From the NCBI RefSeq assembly GCF_964355755.1, contig NC_092676.1, forward strand, positions 7,665,888-7,729,887: a stretch of 64,000 nt of DNA. Direction: 5' to 3'. Both the position numbers and the translations under genes were made by a program. The notes below the pieces were generated by a model. The model saw only the letters and a program-made list of their open reading frames with translations, was not told the DNA's origin and did no database searches. This document shows, piece by piece, positions 12,701-24,845 of the stretch (position 1 is its first letter; each line of letters opens with the position of its first letter). Origin of the DNA: Antedon mediterranea. Taxonomy: Eukaryota > Animalia > Echinodermata.

Positions 12701-15700
12701 GGTTAAAAGATTAACCGATAATTTTGTTTTGGCTGTGGAAACACGGCCCTATATATTTTTTTTTTCTGTTATCATATTATTTTACATTTAATGGAATCAT
12801 GTAACCATTGAAAATGACATTTTAGGAATTGTACAATTTAAAACTTACCCTCCTAAACATTTCTTTACTTAATCCGGTTTTTCTGGCATTTTTTGCGAGT
12901 GTTAGCGCTTCTTCGACTCTCTTATCTGCTAACAATGCTGTAATCTGGGAAAACAAAAACAGTGTGGCCTTTGACATTCTGCCTATTACAAGATTACTTC
13001 ATGATGATTCTCAAAAAAATACGAAAAGATTTTCAAAGACTTTCATTGTCTATAGCAATAAATATTTTGTAGATAAATGTATTGAAAGAGTTTATTTTAC
13101 CTGCTTTTCTACTGGTAACGGTACTAACGAATACACCTCCTTATTAGACGCAATGTACAGTTTACCATCATAATCACCAAGAATTTTACCCCCCGAAAAT
13201 GGAATAGTCTGTTTCTGTTGTTGATCTAAAACACTGAAACAAAAAAAAGGCTAAATATTCAAAACTACTACTAGCTACAAGTAGTATTATATTATCTGGT
13301 GGTAGTCTTCTTGGATAAGGCCTCAAACTGGAGGTTCATTGTACACATCTGGCTTGTGTGCCCTCTTAAAGTACCCAGTTCATGCGCAATTCAGCCCAGT
13401 TATCTGCAAGTCACAGGTTATTCCCAACATTTATTGATTGTCCCATCTAGGTATCCTTTGCTAAGGATATAGGACACGTGGAAAAACTTAGGAGATAGCA
13501 CCAACCATTATCAATTTAAAAGCATAGAAACACTCTAAAATGCTCACTGATAATATAATCAATTGACTGAGATTTGAACCTGGAATCTTATGCTTACTAT
13601 GCAGGCATCCTACCCTTAGACGATTAATGATTTAGTTCAATTCATTGTAAAAAATCTCTGTACCTATGTACTGTAAGGAATTCCTCATCTAATGCAACAA
13701 TATATGGAAACGCGTAGCACACACCACAGACTGATTCAGACCACTTCAAAGGAGGGCGCTGTGACATCCCTGCCGACGTTACAAACATTCCCAACGCACC
13801 TGGTCCACTAAGCAGAAATTCCTCCTACCAAATATAAAATTTAAAATTTGTGGAGATAGTAGTTTAGAAGTAATACACAGTCCATGGATACTGTATATAT
13901 TGTAAACTTCTATTAAATTAGATTTGATACAATATTTAAAGTGGAGCTCCACCCAGAAAATTACTATTTTTCATACATTTCAACTATTATTTAAAAATAT
14001 CATCCCCCATACTTCATATTTTTTTGAATTTTTTTTCAATGAGTACGAGTTTCTTGAAAATCACGCCTTTTTGCGTTTTGGGGGGATACCTTGTAATTTC
14101 CTATTCTTTTACATGCAAAAGGGGGGTATATTTGAATAATCCTAAAAAATTAATTTCTTCACTAAAAAAAAAATTTTAAATGTAGTTTTATGTAATTTTT
14201 CCAGATCTTTCTATTTCTGGTATAGTTATCGCGTATACATTGCGCAATTTTGCGTAAATAGACACTTTCCCCCATTCGGGTCCAATTGGGTTTTTTATTT
14301 TGCTAGGGAGTATGATCACGTGACATTTTTCACAATCACACTACTGCAGCTGGCGATCTGTTATTTTGTCGCGATGTTATTTTTGACGGGCAAAAAGTAT
14401 ATTAAAACATTCTGAATGTGACCCTATCATGTTTCACAGTGTAATAATGTGATTATGAGACTTAATACAAAAATGTCAAATCTAACGAGATTTGAGAAAG
14501 ATGTGGCTATATATTCAATAAAGCTAGGCCTAGACCTACTAGAGTGTAGGTATGTACCGATGCTGCTTGGGCTCCAGCTGCTAGGCTGACACTCAGCAGT
14601 GAAGTTTGTTCTGCTGTCACCCAACCTCGGCCTACCCATATGGGCCATGATAGGGTGCCTGAATAGTTGCTTTTCAGTCAGGCCTAAGCTTCCACATCGC
14701 TTTACTACTCTTGTTCTGTATAGGATTTTGTGTTTCACAATTCTAATGTGCGAGAAAACCCAGGAATGATAAATGGGGCGAAACGACCAAGAATTTTCAA
14801 ACCCATGAATGCATATAGGCCTAGACAAAAAATTCAAGGCTAGCTAGGCTGAGCAGACGGCTTAGCTAGGCCTAGCTTAAAGTTAATAAACAATCTGATA
14901 AGATTATTATGCTGTTGTTGTACAGTGCAAATCATGAGGTTACAATACATGTAAATTATACCAGGGAGTTGCTCCCTGATTATACTGACATTTTTATCGG
15001 AAATATTACTTAGGCCTAAAACAAATCGTATAAAATGTATTCCCAATTTTTCGACACATAATTTACCAAAGGGGAGACATTTCACCCATGCGTTCACCGG
15101 CGACTAAAACGCGTCAGTTGCTAAGTGTAACGCGTTTCGCGACGTATTGTAAACTAATAACCCCTAAGTTACTGAAAAAGTGTAATGTATTAAAAAACAC
15201 TATTTTCTGACCGATTTTTTAAAAACGAGTTTTTGGAAAATATTTCCGTATTTTCCCTGTTTTTTTTATGTAATCACTTTCAATTAAACATACTTAAACA
15301 TAATATAAGCTGAGAAAGTCTGAGTGTAGCTCCACTTTAAAGCTCTGTCTACAATATCAAACATTATGTGACGAAACATTTGATATGCTGTACCCATTAT
15401 ATGGACATATGATATCACTACCATATTTGGGTATACCACTACCATATTTGGGCACATCACACCTTTTTTTGTCAAACTAGTTTGATAGTGTAGACAGAGC
15501 TTTATTGTCATTTTAATTAATATCTATTATTATACTGTAATTTGAGAGTTGCTAGGATTTACCTTGCCTACTCTCTTTACAACCGGTATTGAGGTCTCGT
15601 GCTCATATGGAAACAGATCAGTGACATGTAACGTGTCTGTGTCTACCAGACAGTACTCTGTTGCCATAGCGGTACAAACACAGTATCGATCCATACTCTG

Positions 15701-18700
15701 AAATCAATACGATAGTATTCAAGTCAATTTTCTAATAATCATTTAATGAAGTCCCAAATTTCCCAAGATTTACAGCTTTTTTTATACTTTTAACTTCTCT
15801 TCAAAATTAAAATCCATAAAATATAGATGAATGATGCACTTTCAAGATTTTGTGTATACCTTATTACAGAGCCATATATTTAAAGAGTTATGACATTAGG
15901 TTCACAGATTTTATAAAGTCATGTGGTACATTACCAGCCATCTTTGTTATCTAACTAATTCTATGTAGCATATGGAGTTAAGTCCTTTATTATAAAACGT
16001 GTAACGTTCACAAGACTTTACCTATCGAATGTAATATCAAAACAATCAAAAAATGTAAAAACAATGCATTAATTATAAAGAATCGCTAAACGTGCATGCA
16101 TAGAGCGTGCATAAAGCGTGCATAAAGCGCACAATATTTTGGACACAAAAATGGCTTCTAATCCATTCAGCGTTGAAACTCTTTCAATATAATGGCTCTG
16201 CTTACATAGCACTCTCTATTTCGTGGTCCGCTTTATAAAGTTAACCAAAAATTATTTGTTCAAACTTGAGACGAATTGTTTTCATCCGTTTACCATAAGA
16301 ATAGGAACATCTGGTATTGTCACTTCCTTCATCATATTCATCTTATCCTCTGTAATACTGTACAACTGAACAGACTTCTTACGAGTTGCTACACAAATCT
16401 CAATGGCAAATGGGTTACTACCTGTTGGGTTCTCATTTACAGTAAATGATGTCACCTAAAATAAGACAGCCAAAAATATATAAAGTTACCCTAATCACTA
16501 AAATCTAAAACTGACCCAAGTGATGTACAATAACCATTAAAACCAATTTTTTTTAAATCACCCCTGTAACTTTACGATGAAGCCATGTGGTACAATGTTT
16601 TGGAGGTTGGATTACTGATTACGAGTTCAAATCCAATTCTCGTCGCATTGCTTGTATCCTTAGGCAAGACATACTTGGTGTACAAATGGGTACCTGTAAA
16701 GCTCTGTCTATCGTATCAAACTTTATGTGACAAAAAATGGGGTGTGCCCATATATGGACATGAAGATGTCATATCACTACCATATTTAAACATATCTATA
16801 CCATATTTGGGCACATCACACATTTTTTGTAAAACTAGTTTGATAGTGTAGACAGAGCTTGAGGTCAAGACACAACTTGCCTGTTCCATACGTGTTTGAA
16901 AAAAAAATGACCGGGGTAATAATGTGAAACGCTTAGAAGAGAGAATATTATTATGCTATTCAGTGCATTTTTAGTATGCTGGTTTTAATTTTTTTAAATT
17001 TGAAAATTACCCCTTTGATCTTGGCTCCTGATAATATTGGTTCCAGATTAAACATGTTGAGCAGCGTAAGCACATTGTCGCATAAAACCAATATCCTAGT
17101 CAAGGCCGATGCAGCCTTCAACTGGGAGATAGGCTTCCTCTAAAAATTAGAAAATAAAGAAAAATTAATATAAAACATAGTCAAAAAAATAATAAAATAT
17201 ATTAATTATATTCTCTTCACATTACTAATCAAACTGAAAAGGAGGAATATTCCATTCAAAAATAGGGGGTGCAATATGTCCACAAATAGTCCAGGGTTCA
17301 AACCTGACCTAGTGGCCTTTCAACTCCACTTCCTAAGCCCCAAATGAGACTTATAATGAGTTTATAAGCACAATAAATTATAAAATAGTTTATCCATTCT
17401 GTAAGTTGGTCACTGTTGAATGCATATGAAATAAAAAAAATTAATAAATAAATTTTAAAAAGTTAATGCAAACAAAAATGTCTCAAAAACCTCAAAAAGT
17501 GTATAGAGTTTTAACTTACAACAGCCAAGTACTTGTGGGATTGCTTTTCACTTGTAAATGATATCTTGCCATTTGCTTGAACTTTTTCCTCAAGAAGAAA
17601 ATGAACCACAAAGCTTAAAACAATAAGACAATTTTAAACATTGTTAAAACAGTTGTAGCTGTCCAAGTAATTGCCAAGTTACCTAAAGGCCAATTCAGAC
17701 AGCATCATACAACAAGTCCTGGCAAATCGTCTCGTCGGTAGAAAATTAACCAAAAAACCAAAAAAGTTCTCCCTACATTATAAAAACGAGACTCGACACA
17801 ATCTCAAGACGACTCGTTTCCTTGGGATTCACCTCCGACAGCAATGACAAGTCAAGACATTCCATCGGGCCTTGTCATGCAATGATGTCTGAGTTGGCCT
17901 AAGTAATGACACACTAGCATGGTATTCAACATAAAAAAAAATTGTTAACTTGGGTTGGAAAATCTAGTATTTTAGTTAGTTAAAGAATAAGAATCTCACT
18001 AGACATGGAACTCGTCACTTGAGGACGAGTTTGGTTATCCGCCCGCAACAAAACGTATCTTGCGTATTCAAGTACTCATTCAACGTTAAAACTGCCCTTT
18101 CGGTGTAATAACCAAATAAATCACATAAACACAAATCGTGCAAAAAAAATGCTCAAACGTGTTCCCCTGCGGCGTGCGCACGTAAAAATGTGCGCACCTG
18201 GTGGAAATTGTTTGAAGCCTTAAAATGACCTGAAACGTGCTCTAATTTAACCAGAAATTGATTTGAAGCATTTTAAAATTTCAAACGCCATTTACGCGCA
18301 CACATTCTAATGTTACATGCCATTTTTAATTCATAGAAAGTTAGCGTATGATGTAAATTAAACTTTGGCTAAGTTTCAATTAAAAATGTTATTTGGTTTT
18401 TGACTTATGTTAAATACGCGAAATTCATAAAATCGCGCGAAAATCACGTTGCGCAATTGCAAACGTCGTGAAAAGCTTCGCTGCACAACTTCACGTGAAT
18501 GGCGATATGTTGAGAAAGTTACGAAACGTTATGTTTGCAAGTTTTTGAGATACGCGTGACACAAAAAAATACAGAAAGAAAGAAGAAGAAGAAAAAAAAA
18601 TAGGATTTCGTACAATAACAAGAGGTTATCCAGCAACTTCGTTGCGGATAACCAATTATTAGCTTACCAATCACTTGTTCCAATGTAAAGATTTTTCCCA

Positions 18701-19032
18701 CAGCATTCGATACATTCAATCTGCAATAAAAATATTTATACACAGTAAAAAATATAGGTCTAGGTTTTCAGTAAGCATTCAAAGGTAGATCATAGTAATT
18801 TTAAACAATGGATAAAAAGTATAAAATAACATTTTAAAGAACTTCTTAAAGATAAAAATTAAATTCTGATTTGGAACATTAAAATTTAGGTTTTCTTAAA
18901 TTTATATTTTTTTTCAATTTAAATGTTAAGTAAATATATTAATTACAATAATCATACCGATGTTTTAGCTTTATCGCCAAGCAGTTGCAACCTTTCGATC
19001 GCTGGCACAAGTTCAAACGCTTTAACACTCAT
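729..19032 (-). CDS. TGFBRAP1: TGF-beta receptor-associated protein 1 / Vps3 (CORVET subunit); 16 coding exons in window, 3' end beyond left edge
   Basis: GT-AG exons with consistent phase: 19032-18958, 18720-18668, 17613-17520, 17139-17011, 16455-16294, 15697-15563, 13824-13664, 13233-13101, 12944-12849, 12435-12331, 11902-11711, 11201-11008, 10495-10427, 10165-10093, 9791-9657, 941-729 (673 codons). The translation MSVKAFELVPAIERLQLLGDKAKTSIECIECCGKNLYIGT..EEFLLSGPGALGMFV..GMSQRPP..DVDTTLLKLYAE..KYHTHLAVLYLD matches my recollection of vertebrate TGFBRAP1 (CNH plus clathrin-repeat domains). UTR acceptor at 19054; probable non-coding first exon with donor at about 19880. Confidence 0.93.
4972..5080. 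repeat. 23-bp tandem repeat (about 4.5 copies)
   Basis: TTGAGGGCTACTACAATACTGAA repeated. Confidence 0.8.
5883..6044 (+). mobile_element. ~165-bp MITE family A (TIR AGCTCTGTCTACACTATCAAAC), PIF/Harbinger-like
   Basis: TIRs flanked by TAA on both sides. Other copies at about 9890-10012, 15341-15501, 16699-16859, 21045-21149, 38955-39108(-), 41005-41172(-), 54292-54427(-), 55826-55896. Confidence 0.8.
6031..6846. repeat. 74-bp minisatellite, about 11 copies
   Basis: AGTAGTGTAGACAGAGCTTAAAACAC... recurs at 6103, 6177, 6251 ... 6769. Confidence 0.93.
7701..7907. mobile_element. Harbinger-like MITE, TIR AGCCTGTTTTCCTGTCGAC
   Basis: Perfect 19-bp TIR with TTA on both flanks. Confidence 0.8.
7986..9598. 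repeat. 68-bp minisatellite (about 22 copies) enclosed in a CAGT..ACTG TIR MITE
   Basis: The unit GAGGAGAAATATATACATTAACACAAAAGCCAACCTCTATTCAGGGGACACTTTCTCATAACATGAAT spans about 8005-9547, between flanks TACAGTAGAACCTCTTATT and AATAGGGGTTTTACTG. Confidence 0.92.
12511..12751. mobile_element. Degenerate TIR MITE
   Basis: AGGCAGTGTTTTTGCAGCCAAAA versus TTTTGGCTGTGGAAACACGGCCCT, imperfect inverted termini. Confidence 0.55.
13940..15336. mobile_element. 1.4-kb non-autonomous DNA transposon with TTAA TSD (Kolobok-like)
   Basis: TTAA|AGTGGAGCTCCACCCAGA ... TCTGAGTGTAGCTCCACT|TTAA. Purine-purine start plus TTAA TSD fits Kolobok; no transposase recognised. Confidence 0.75.
15341..15501 (+). mobile_element. 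MITE family A copy abutting the TTAA TSD of the Kolobok-like element
   Basis: Same TIR and internal CACTACCATATTTGGG doublet as 5883-6044. Confidence 0.8.
16600..16945 (+). mobile_element. Degenerate tRNA-derived SINE interrupted by MITE family A (16699-16859)
   Basis: B-box-like GAGTTCAAATCC, TCCTTAGGCAAGACA and AAATGGGTACC motifs; the element continues after the MITE. Confidence 0.5.
17687..17899. mobile_element. Harbinger-like MITE
   Basis: TAA AGGCCAATTCAGACAGCAT ... ATGATGTCTGAGTTGGCC TAA. Confidence 0.65.
17998..18656 (+). mobile_element. Helentron/HINE-like non-autonomous element
   Basis: Subterminal inverted repeat GGTTATCCGC (18032) / GCGGATAACC (18644), 3' hairpin GGTTATCCAGCAAC-TTC-GTTGCGGATAACC, and an (AAG)n tract just upstream. 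Confidence 0.5.
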
Positions 19033-19879
19033 TGTTTGCTGCGTTTGCTTTCACCTATAAAAATAAGAGGCATAATGGTAAAAATGGAATTGGCATGATC
19101 AACTGTGTATGTCATTATTATCCAGAGAGTAAGCAGTCCCCAGAGTATGTGCAACCCCAATGCTGCCAAGCATTGGAGCACTGCCTTTTTCCCTGCTGTG
19201 AATTCGCACCAAACTTACTTGACATTAAGTACCTGTAAGACACGATCACTCACCATCACCGCCTCACCGCAGGTGAATGTTTTTAAATTGGGTAAGTTCT
19301 AGAGAGAGATCGGGAGTCTAAAATAATGTAAAATGTTGGTTCTGTTGACCTTCCCAATAGAATCATTCAGTCCACTTTTTTCAGGGTCGAAACATCCAAC
19401 TTTATTCAGATAAAAAATAATAAAGAATATAGGCTAGGCCCTCTAGCCTAGGCTAAATAATAAACATGAAAATCAAATATTTCAAAATGTTATTGTAAAT
19501 TCTAAAATTCAATAAAAAAAACTATTTATTTGTAGGATAGGCCTAGGCTAGGCCTATAAGTTACAAGGTCAAGGCACACATGAGACATGTCGTATTATTC
19601 CCAACACGATTGATTGGATGGGCCGAAACGTCCGCCCTGGCTGGACCAAAAAGTCCCTGGCCGAATCGTCCTGCTACCCACAATTGCAACCCCTACTACC
19701 TAGTCTGGGCCTATAAAAAAAAAACAGGCGTACTACTACTAGGCTAGGCTACTAGCTAGTAGGGCCAAGATAAGTATTGTATAACGATATACGACTTTAT
19801 AAACATTAATAGCCTGGTTTTAAATAGGTTCTATATTCTCATCATATGATTCAGTATGAACAATCAAATGTATAATTAC

Positions 19880-20400
19880 CTCAAAATAAACATTGAAAAA
19901 CGTCGACTCAATCCACCACACAGAGATAAGATAGCTGCTAAAAATCTCGACAAATCAATCTAGTAGTATGGCACGTCATTAGTGTCTTCAATCTATTCAA
20001 AATCTGCAATCCTGAATGTTCTCCATTATTTATGGTGGTGTGTCGATTTTAACGATTTCGCAAGTTTGTGGAATGATAAATTAAGCTCTAGGCCTATAAA
20101 TGTTTATCTACTTTATACCCCACCATACTCTATATTTGAAGTTGAAAATACCACTCAGGTTTTTATTGACAAAGGTATCGATTCGTGTACGTGTGCGGAA
20201 GGAGAAATTAAAAGACATTGATGGCGTTCCATATTCTAAACAAAAATTTGATTCCGGAGTCGAGTAGGAGGTGGAGTCGAGTCTAGTCGCGAGACGGATA
20301 TCCAGGAGCGGGCCGGCCTACGTGCATGTTTTCATGTTGTATTGGTAATGGTGGTACATTCTTTTTTGTAAGCTTAAATATTTGTTGCTCATTATTGATT
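19880..20400. promoter_or_regulatory. Putative bidirectional promoter, TGFBRAP1 / FAM162
   Basis: Divergent genes with ATGs 1.37 kb apart, locally CpG-richer sequence, TCGCGAGA at about 20288, and a minus-strand donor at about 19880. No TSS data. Confidence 0.55.
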
Positions 20401-20405
20401 TGAAC

Positions 20406-21386
20406 ATGATGTTTCGTGGAATAGTAAATATTAGCCGATTAGGCTTCAGAACTGTTAGGATTGGTCAGCCCATGTTAGAAGGTGGAGGAGGCATATGTTT
20501 ATCACCGGCGTTGCCGTTCGGGTCATCACCAGCAGGATTGTCAAGGAGTTGTAGGCAACCCAGAATGAGCCTAGCTTCAGCTAGAAAACTATGTACAAAA
20601 AGTGAAAAGGATGTTGATAAAGTAAAGGAAAATGAAGTTGCCGCAGATGGTAAGAACCCGAGTAAGTACACTCTTTCAAATAGTATTTGTCTTTTTATGT
20701 TTTAAGAGTGGTAAATATTAATTGCAGTCATTGAATATCATTGACATTAATCATTGATTAAAAAATTCTATCAGTTATCATAATTATACTTTTATATAGC
20801 AATTTATTGCACTACCTACAGTTACCGAATACAATTTTTTTTTTTTTTTAGTTTTAGAAGGTTTCCATTTACGAGCAACACGGCCGAACAAAGTGGATCG
20901 TTGGATATTGGTATTTATGGGACGCTACAAGTCAGATCAAGATATTCCGGATTTTGTATCGTAAGGTTTTTTTAACATTCAATATTTTTAACATTCTAAT
21001 TCCATATTCAATAAAATGCAGTAGGATTCAATTTTTCAACATCAGAATGTGATGTGCCCATATATGGATGATAATGTCATATCACTACCATATTTAGGCA
21101 CATCACACTTTCTTTGTCAAACTAGTCTGATAGTAGTGTAGACAGATCTTAAAACACTAATAACATTTGTCTTTTCTTTTATTTCAGAGACACCATTATC
21201 AACAGCACAAAGAATAAATTCAGAATAATAGTAAATATTGGCATGGGTGTTTTTGCGCTTCTTGGTGGTGTAGTAATGATTTACATCGGACGCAAACGAA
21301 TGCAAGCTGGAGAGAGCATCTCAGGAATGAACATAGAACGGCATAAAGCGTTCTACGATAAACAAAAAACAAGTGAAAACAGATGA
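20406..21386 (+). CDS. FAM162A: FAM162 family (UPF0389/HGTD-P-like) mitochondrial membrane protein, about 183 aa, 3 coding exons
   Basis: Exons 20406-20649 (or -20661), 20852-20960, 21188-21386(TGA). RPNKVDRWILVFMGRYKSDQDIPDFVS-DTIINSTKNKFRIIVNIGMGVFALLGGVVMIYIGRKRMQAGESISGMNIERH parallels the FAM162A core (KPT..KKILIWSGRFK..EIPETVS..AKNKMRV..TM..GK). The N-terminus is Arg/Ser-rich and resembles a presequence. The A/B paralog cannot be distinguished. Confidence 0.85.
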
Positions 21387-21839
21387 TTATAAGAATATGT
21401 AAGGCTAATTTCAAATGCAGTTTTTACAACTTGTGCGAAAAGCATTTCAAATTAATATAATGTAGGGTAATTAGTATTACAATGAATCAAAAACAGAATC
21501 TGATTTCAAAATGATGCTCAGTCTAAAACTTGGTCCCTGCTTGTGATTGGTCAACTATCTTGTATTGTGCCTACATTGTGCCTACATTGTGCCAACCAGG
21601 CGTTTAAAAAGTCTGGCAACATAACATCAAGATAAGCAACAAATTAAAACTGTTGTATTCAAAATAGTATACAGTACAGTAGTATGAAAAAGTGAGTTAA
21701 TAAGGGTGGGAGGTAACAGTATTACAAATAAATAACTGTAAGTAGAGATAATGACAGCTTCTAAGCTTTGTGAAAAAAATCATTTGGTATTTAAAATGTT
21801 AGGAAATTCTACAGTAAATTTTTGTAAATTGCATTGTAA

Positions 21840-22045
21840 AGCGTGGTTCCCACTAGCGACGCAACGCAAGGACGTAACGCAACGCAAGTGAATTGACCAA
21901 TCACAAGCGATGGCTTATTCGCTTGTGATTGCTAACTGTCTATAACTTTGCTTGTCATTGGTTAAACGCGTTCTAGTGGGAACCAAGCTTAACTAGCTTG
22001 CGTTGCGTTTACGTCCTTGCGTTACGTTCTAATGGGAACCAAGCT
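21840..22045. mobile_element. Harbinger-like MITE family B (TIR AGC(G/T)TGGTTCCCACTAG) with duplicated right end
   Basis: TAA flanks. Relatives at 36415-36761, 56443-56626, 57375-57480, 62061-62163. Confidence 0.75.
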
Positions 22046-22650
22046 TAAGCAACAAACTATACAGACATATTTTAACGCACATGTGTGTATCCTTACTACC
22101 TGATTGGTTAATTTTGTATCACATGTTGATCGTCCAGTACTCCATTGCACGGTAAAAGTTCTATTCATTCTACTGCTTGTTCAGCTTTTTCTAAACATGT
22201 TGAGAATGTTGGGGTTTAGAATGAATGTTTTTGGATCCATTGAATGGGAGAATATTTTCATTCGTTGAAAAGCCAGACTGTCCTGTGCACCTCGTAAACA
22301 TTCATTATTTGTAATATCACATAAAGACATAAAATTATTATACTTAATATGCGAAATTGATAAAATAAAGTTTTCATTGTAGAGAATAACCAATGTCAAA
22401 TTATAAAAAAAGTTTTTTTTTTTAAATTATGAAATTGTTTTTGTTATCTAATAATGGTGCTGTATACCTACCTTTTCTGATAAATATTTTATAGCCAAAT
22501 ATAGTATATATTAATATAAATATATATCTCTAAAATGTGTGTGTAAATTAGAACATTAACAGCTGAAGTAGTTTGAATTGTAAACATGTTATCCATTGAA
22601 AATGGAACTTGAAATAAATGTTTGAAATCAAGAATGCATACCTTTCTTTT

Positions 22651-22918
22651 TTTACGGGCTTATGGGAGGGTAGGGCAACATTTACGGGCTTATGGGAGGG
22701 TAGGGCAACATTTACGGGCTTATGGGAGGGTAGGGCAACATTTACGGGCTTATGGGAGGGTAGGGCAACATTTACGGGCTTATGGGAGGGTAGGGCAACA
22801 TTTACGGGCTTATGGGAGGGTAGGGCAACATTTACGGGCTTATGGGAGGGTAGGGCAACATTTACGGGCTTATGGGAGGGTAGGGCAACATTTACGGGCT
22901 TATGGGAGGGTAGGGCAA
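22651..22918. repeat. 30-bp perfect G-rich minisatellite x9
   Basis: TTTACGGGCTTATGGGAGGGTAGGGCAACA repeated 9 times. Confidence 0.96.
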
Positions 22919-23007
22919 AATTTTGCCTTGTAACAGGAATTACAGGACCCTGTGTGGTCCTATCGGCTCCCTTTCTGAGTTTGTTACTTGTGGGCAGGAG
23001 GTGCAGA

Positions 23008-23260
23008 TCGAGTGAGTGGCGGTTAAGACAGTGGAACTGTAATCCATAGCCATAACACCAGTAAGGGTTCAAGAATCACTTAGTCCATGGTTCTGGTGGT
23101 AGAACAAGTCTTCTTGGGTAAGGACTATAAACTGTAGGTCTAGTGTATATGCATATTGCTTGTGTGCACTTTAAGAACCTAGTACATCTTTCGAGACGAG
23201 TAGGAGGTTACCCCGGTGTACTAGTTCACACACTCAGCCACTGTCACTCACAGTCGCTTC
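23008..23260 (+). mobile_element. tRNA-derived SINE with Deu/Nin-like central domain
   Basis: tRNA-like head, then TAAGGACTATAAAC..AGGTC..GCACTTTAAGAACC..TTTCGAGACGAGTAGG..ACCCCGGTGT, resembling the recalled DeuSINE core. Copies at 13290-13425, 31850-32190, 38140-38345(-), 62326-62626(-). Confidence 0.7.
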
Positions 23261-24845
23261 TAGTAGGCCTACTAGTTGCAAAATCTTGTTGGACTCAATA
23301 GAAGAAGAAATACTGTGAGACGGTTGGGGTGATGTTTATACCTAATTCAGTAAAACAGACTGCTTGGTGTTAGAAACTTCCAGATCTTTGGTGTCCATCT
23401 CGTAACACAAGTCACAGCCTTCAACGTCTTCTGTGTTGCAATGTCTCAATCAAAATATCCCTAATTTAAAATTTTCACATTTTAATGAACGACAACTTGT
23501 ACAAAACATTCTAATTAACTTGTTTATTAGACTACCATACATATAGCTCGCACAGTTCACAAGAAAGGATTTTTACGCTTCACTGCCCCAATAAGCTTGT
23601 AGAATAATTACTTAATTAAAATTATCTAATAGTTAATACTAATTAGCAATTATTTAAACAAATAAACAACAAGTCATACTATTGTCAATATTATAGCCAA
23701 TAGTGCATTATAAACTGTTATACTACTGACTACTCATTGCCTAACAAATACCACAGTAAAAATGTTATGTATATTAATTCTTCAAACCCATGTATTATTT
23801 TTCAATATTGAACTAAAAAATAAAATTAACAAAACTTGGTAACGTTTGAAATAAAAGACTAAAGCAATCAGTAGACATATTTTATTAACATTTTTGGAAG
23901 CCATTAAATAATGAAAACACAACTATTTAAAAAATGTATTTCAACCTTAACAAAAAACAATTTAACTGGTTCCAAATAACGTTAACTAACAGTAAAGACA
24001 CCAAGAAAACATTTGCATAAACTGTCAGATCTCATCTTTTGAGATAAGTACGAATAAATGATGCAAATTGTTCACTTGGTGATTATTACTACAAGCATTA
24101 TCGGAGCAGTGAAGCGGAACGACCTAGAAAGTCTATTAGCAAATAGAATTATGTGCATGGCGTGTCTATCTTTGAATGTGCCGAATAAAACATGAATTGT
24201 ATCTGTTATGTCTGATGATACATGTTTCTGTCACAAGTCCTACCGTCACAATCCGAAACAACTCCTATTTTCACGACTTTCCGATTGCGCAACCATAATG
24301 CTAAAGACGACAAAGCAAGAAATCTTTACAATCATCTATGCATGTCTACAAACAACACTTTCACAGAGATTTCACGTTAAGTTTGTAGAAACATGCGCAG
24401 AAAATAGCAATAGGTATGTCATGCTTCATTGCCTTTTGAATTTCATCACGCAGTCAAAAAGTCTCCTACCAAAATGGAAACGCTTTCCACTTTTTACTGT
24501 CCACTTTTTCAACATTAAAAAAAACCTTGATCAAAAAAAATACAACAAGGTCCAAAAAACAACTTTTTTTTCTTCATATTCTTAAAAATAAAATAATTTG
24601 ATAATTTTTGCTTAATTTTTTTCTAATAATTGCAAATTGGAATGGTTACCAAAACTGTACTTCTGTTTTCGTTTTCTTTGATTCACAATAAATAAAATAT
24701 TTTAACAAAATAACATGCTGCGGCTTTAAAAAAAATTTAGTTTTAAATGAGAAGCACCAAGAAAATATTTAATAAAAGTATATAATCTTTTTAATTAATA
24801 ATAATAATAATTTTTTGACAAATTCAAGGTAAGGCATATTAAAAA

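Noticed and set aside
13560-13625. tRNA-like sequence (also about 1265-1300 and 23010-23080)
   Set aside because: Only degenerate B-box heads of SINEs; no complete cloverleaf.
14427-15097. ORFs within the Kolobok-like element as a transposase
   Set aside because: No recognisable DDE or other motif; short and low in coding character.
22548-23072. ORFs with 10-aa repeats on both strands
   Set aside because: By-product of a stop-free 30-bp minisatellite.
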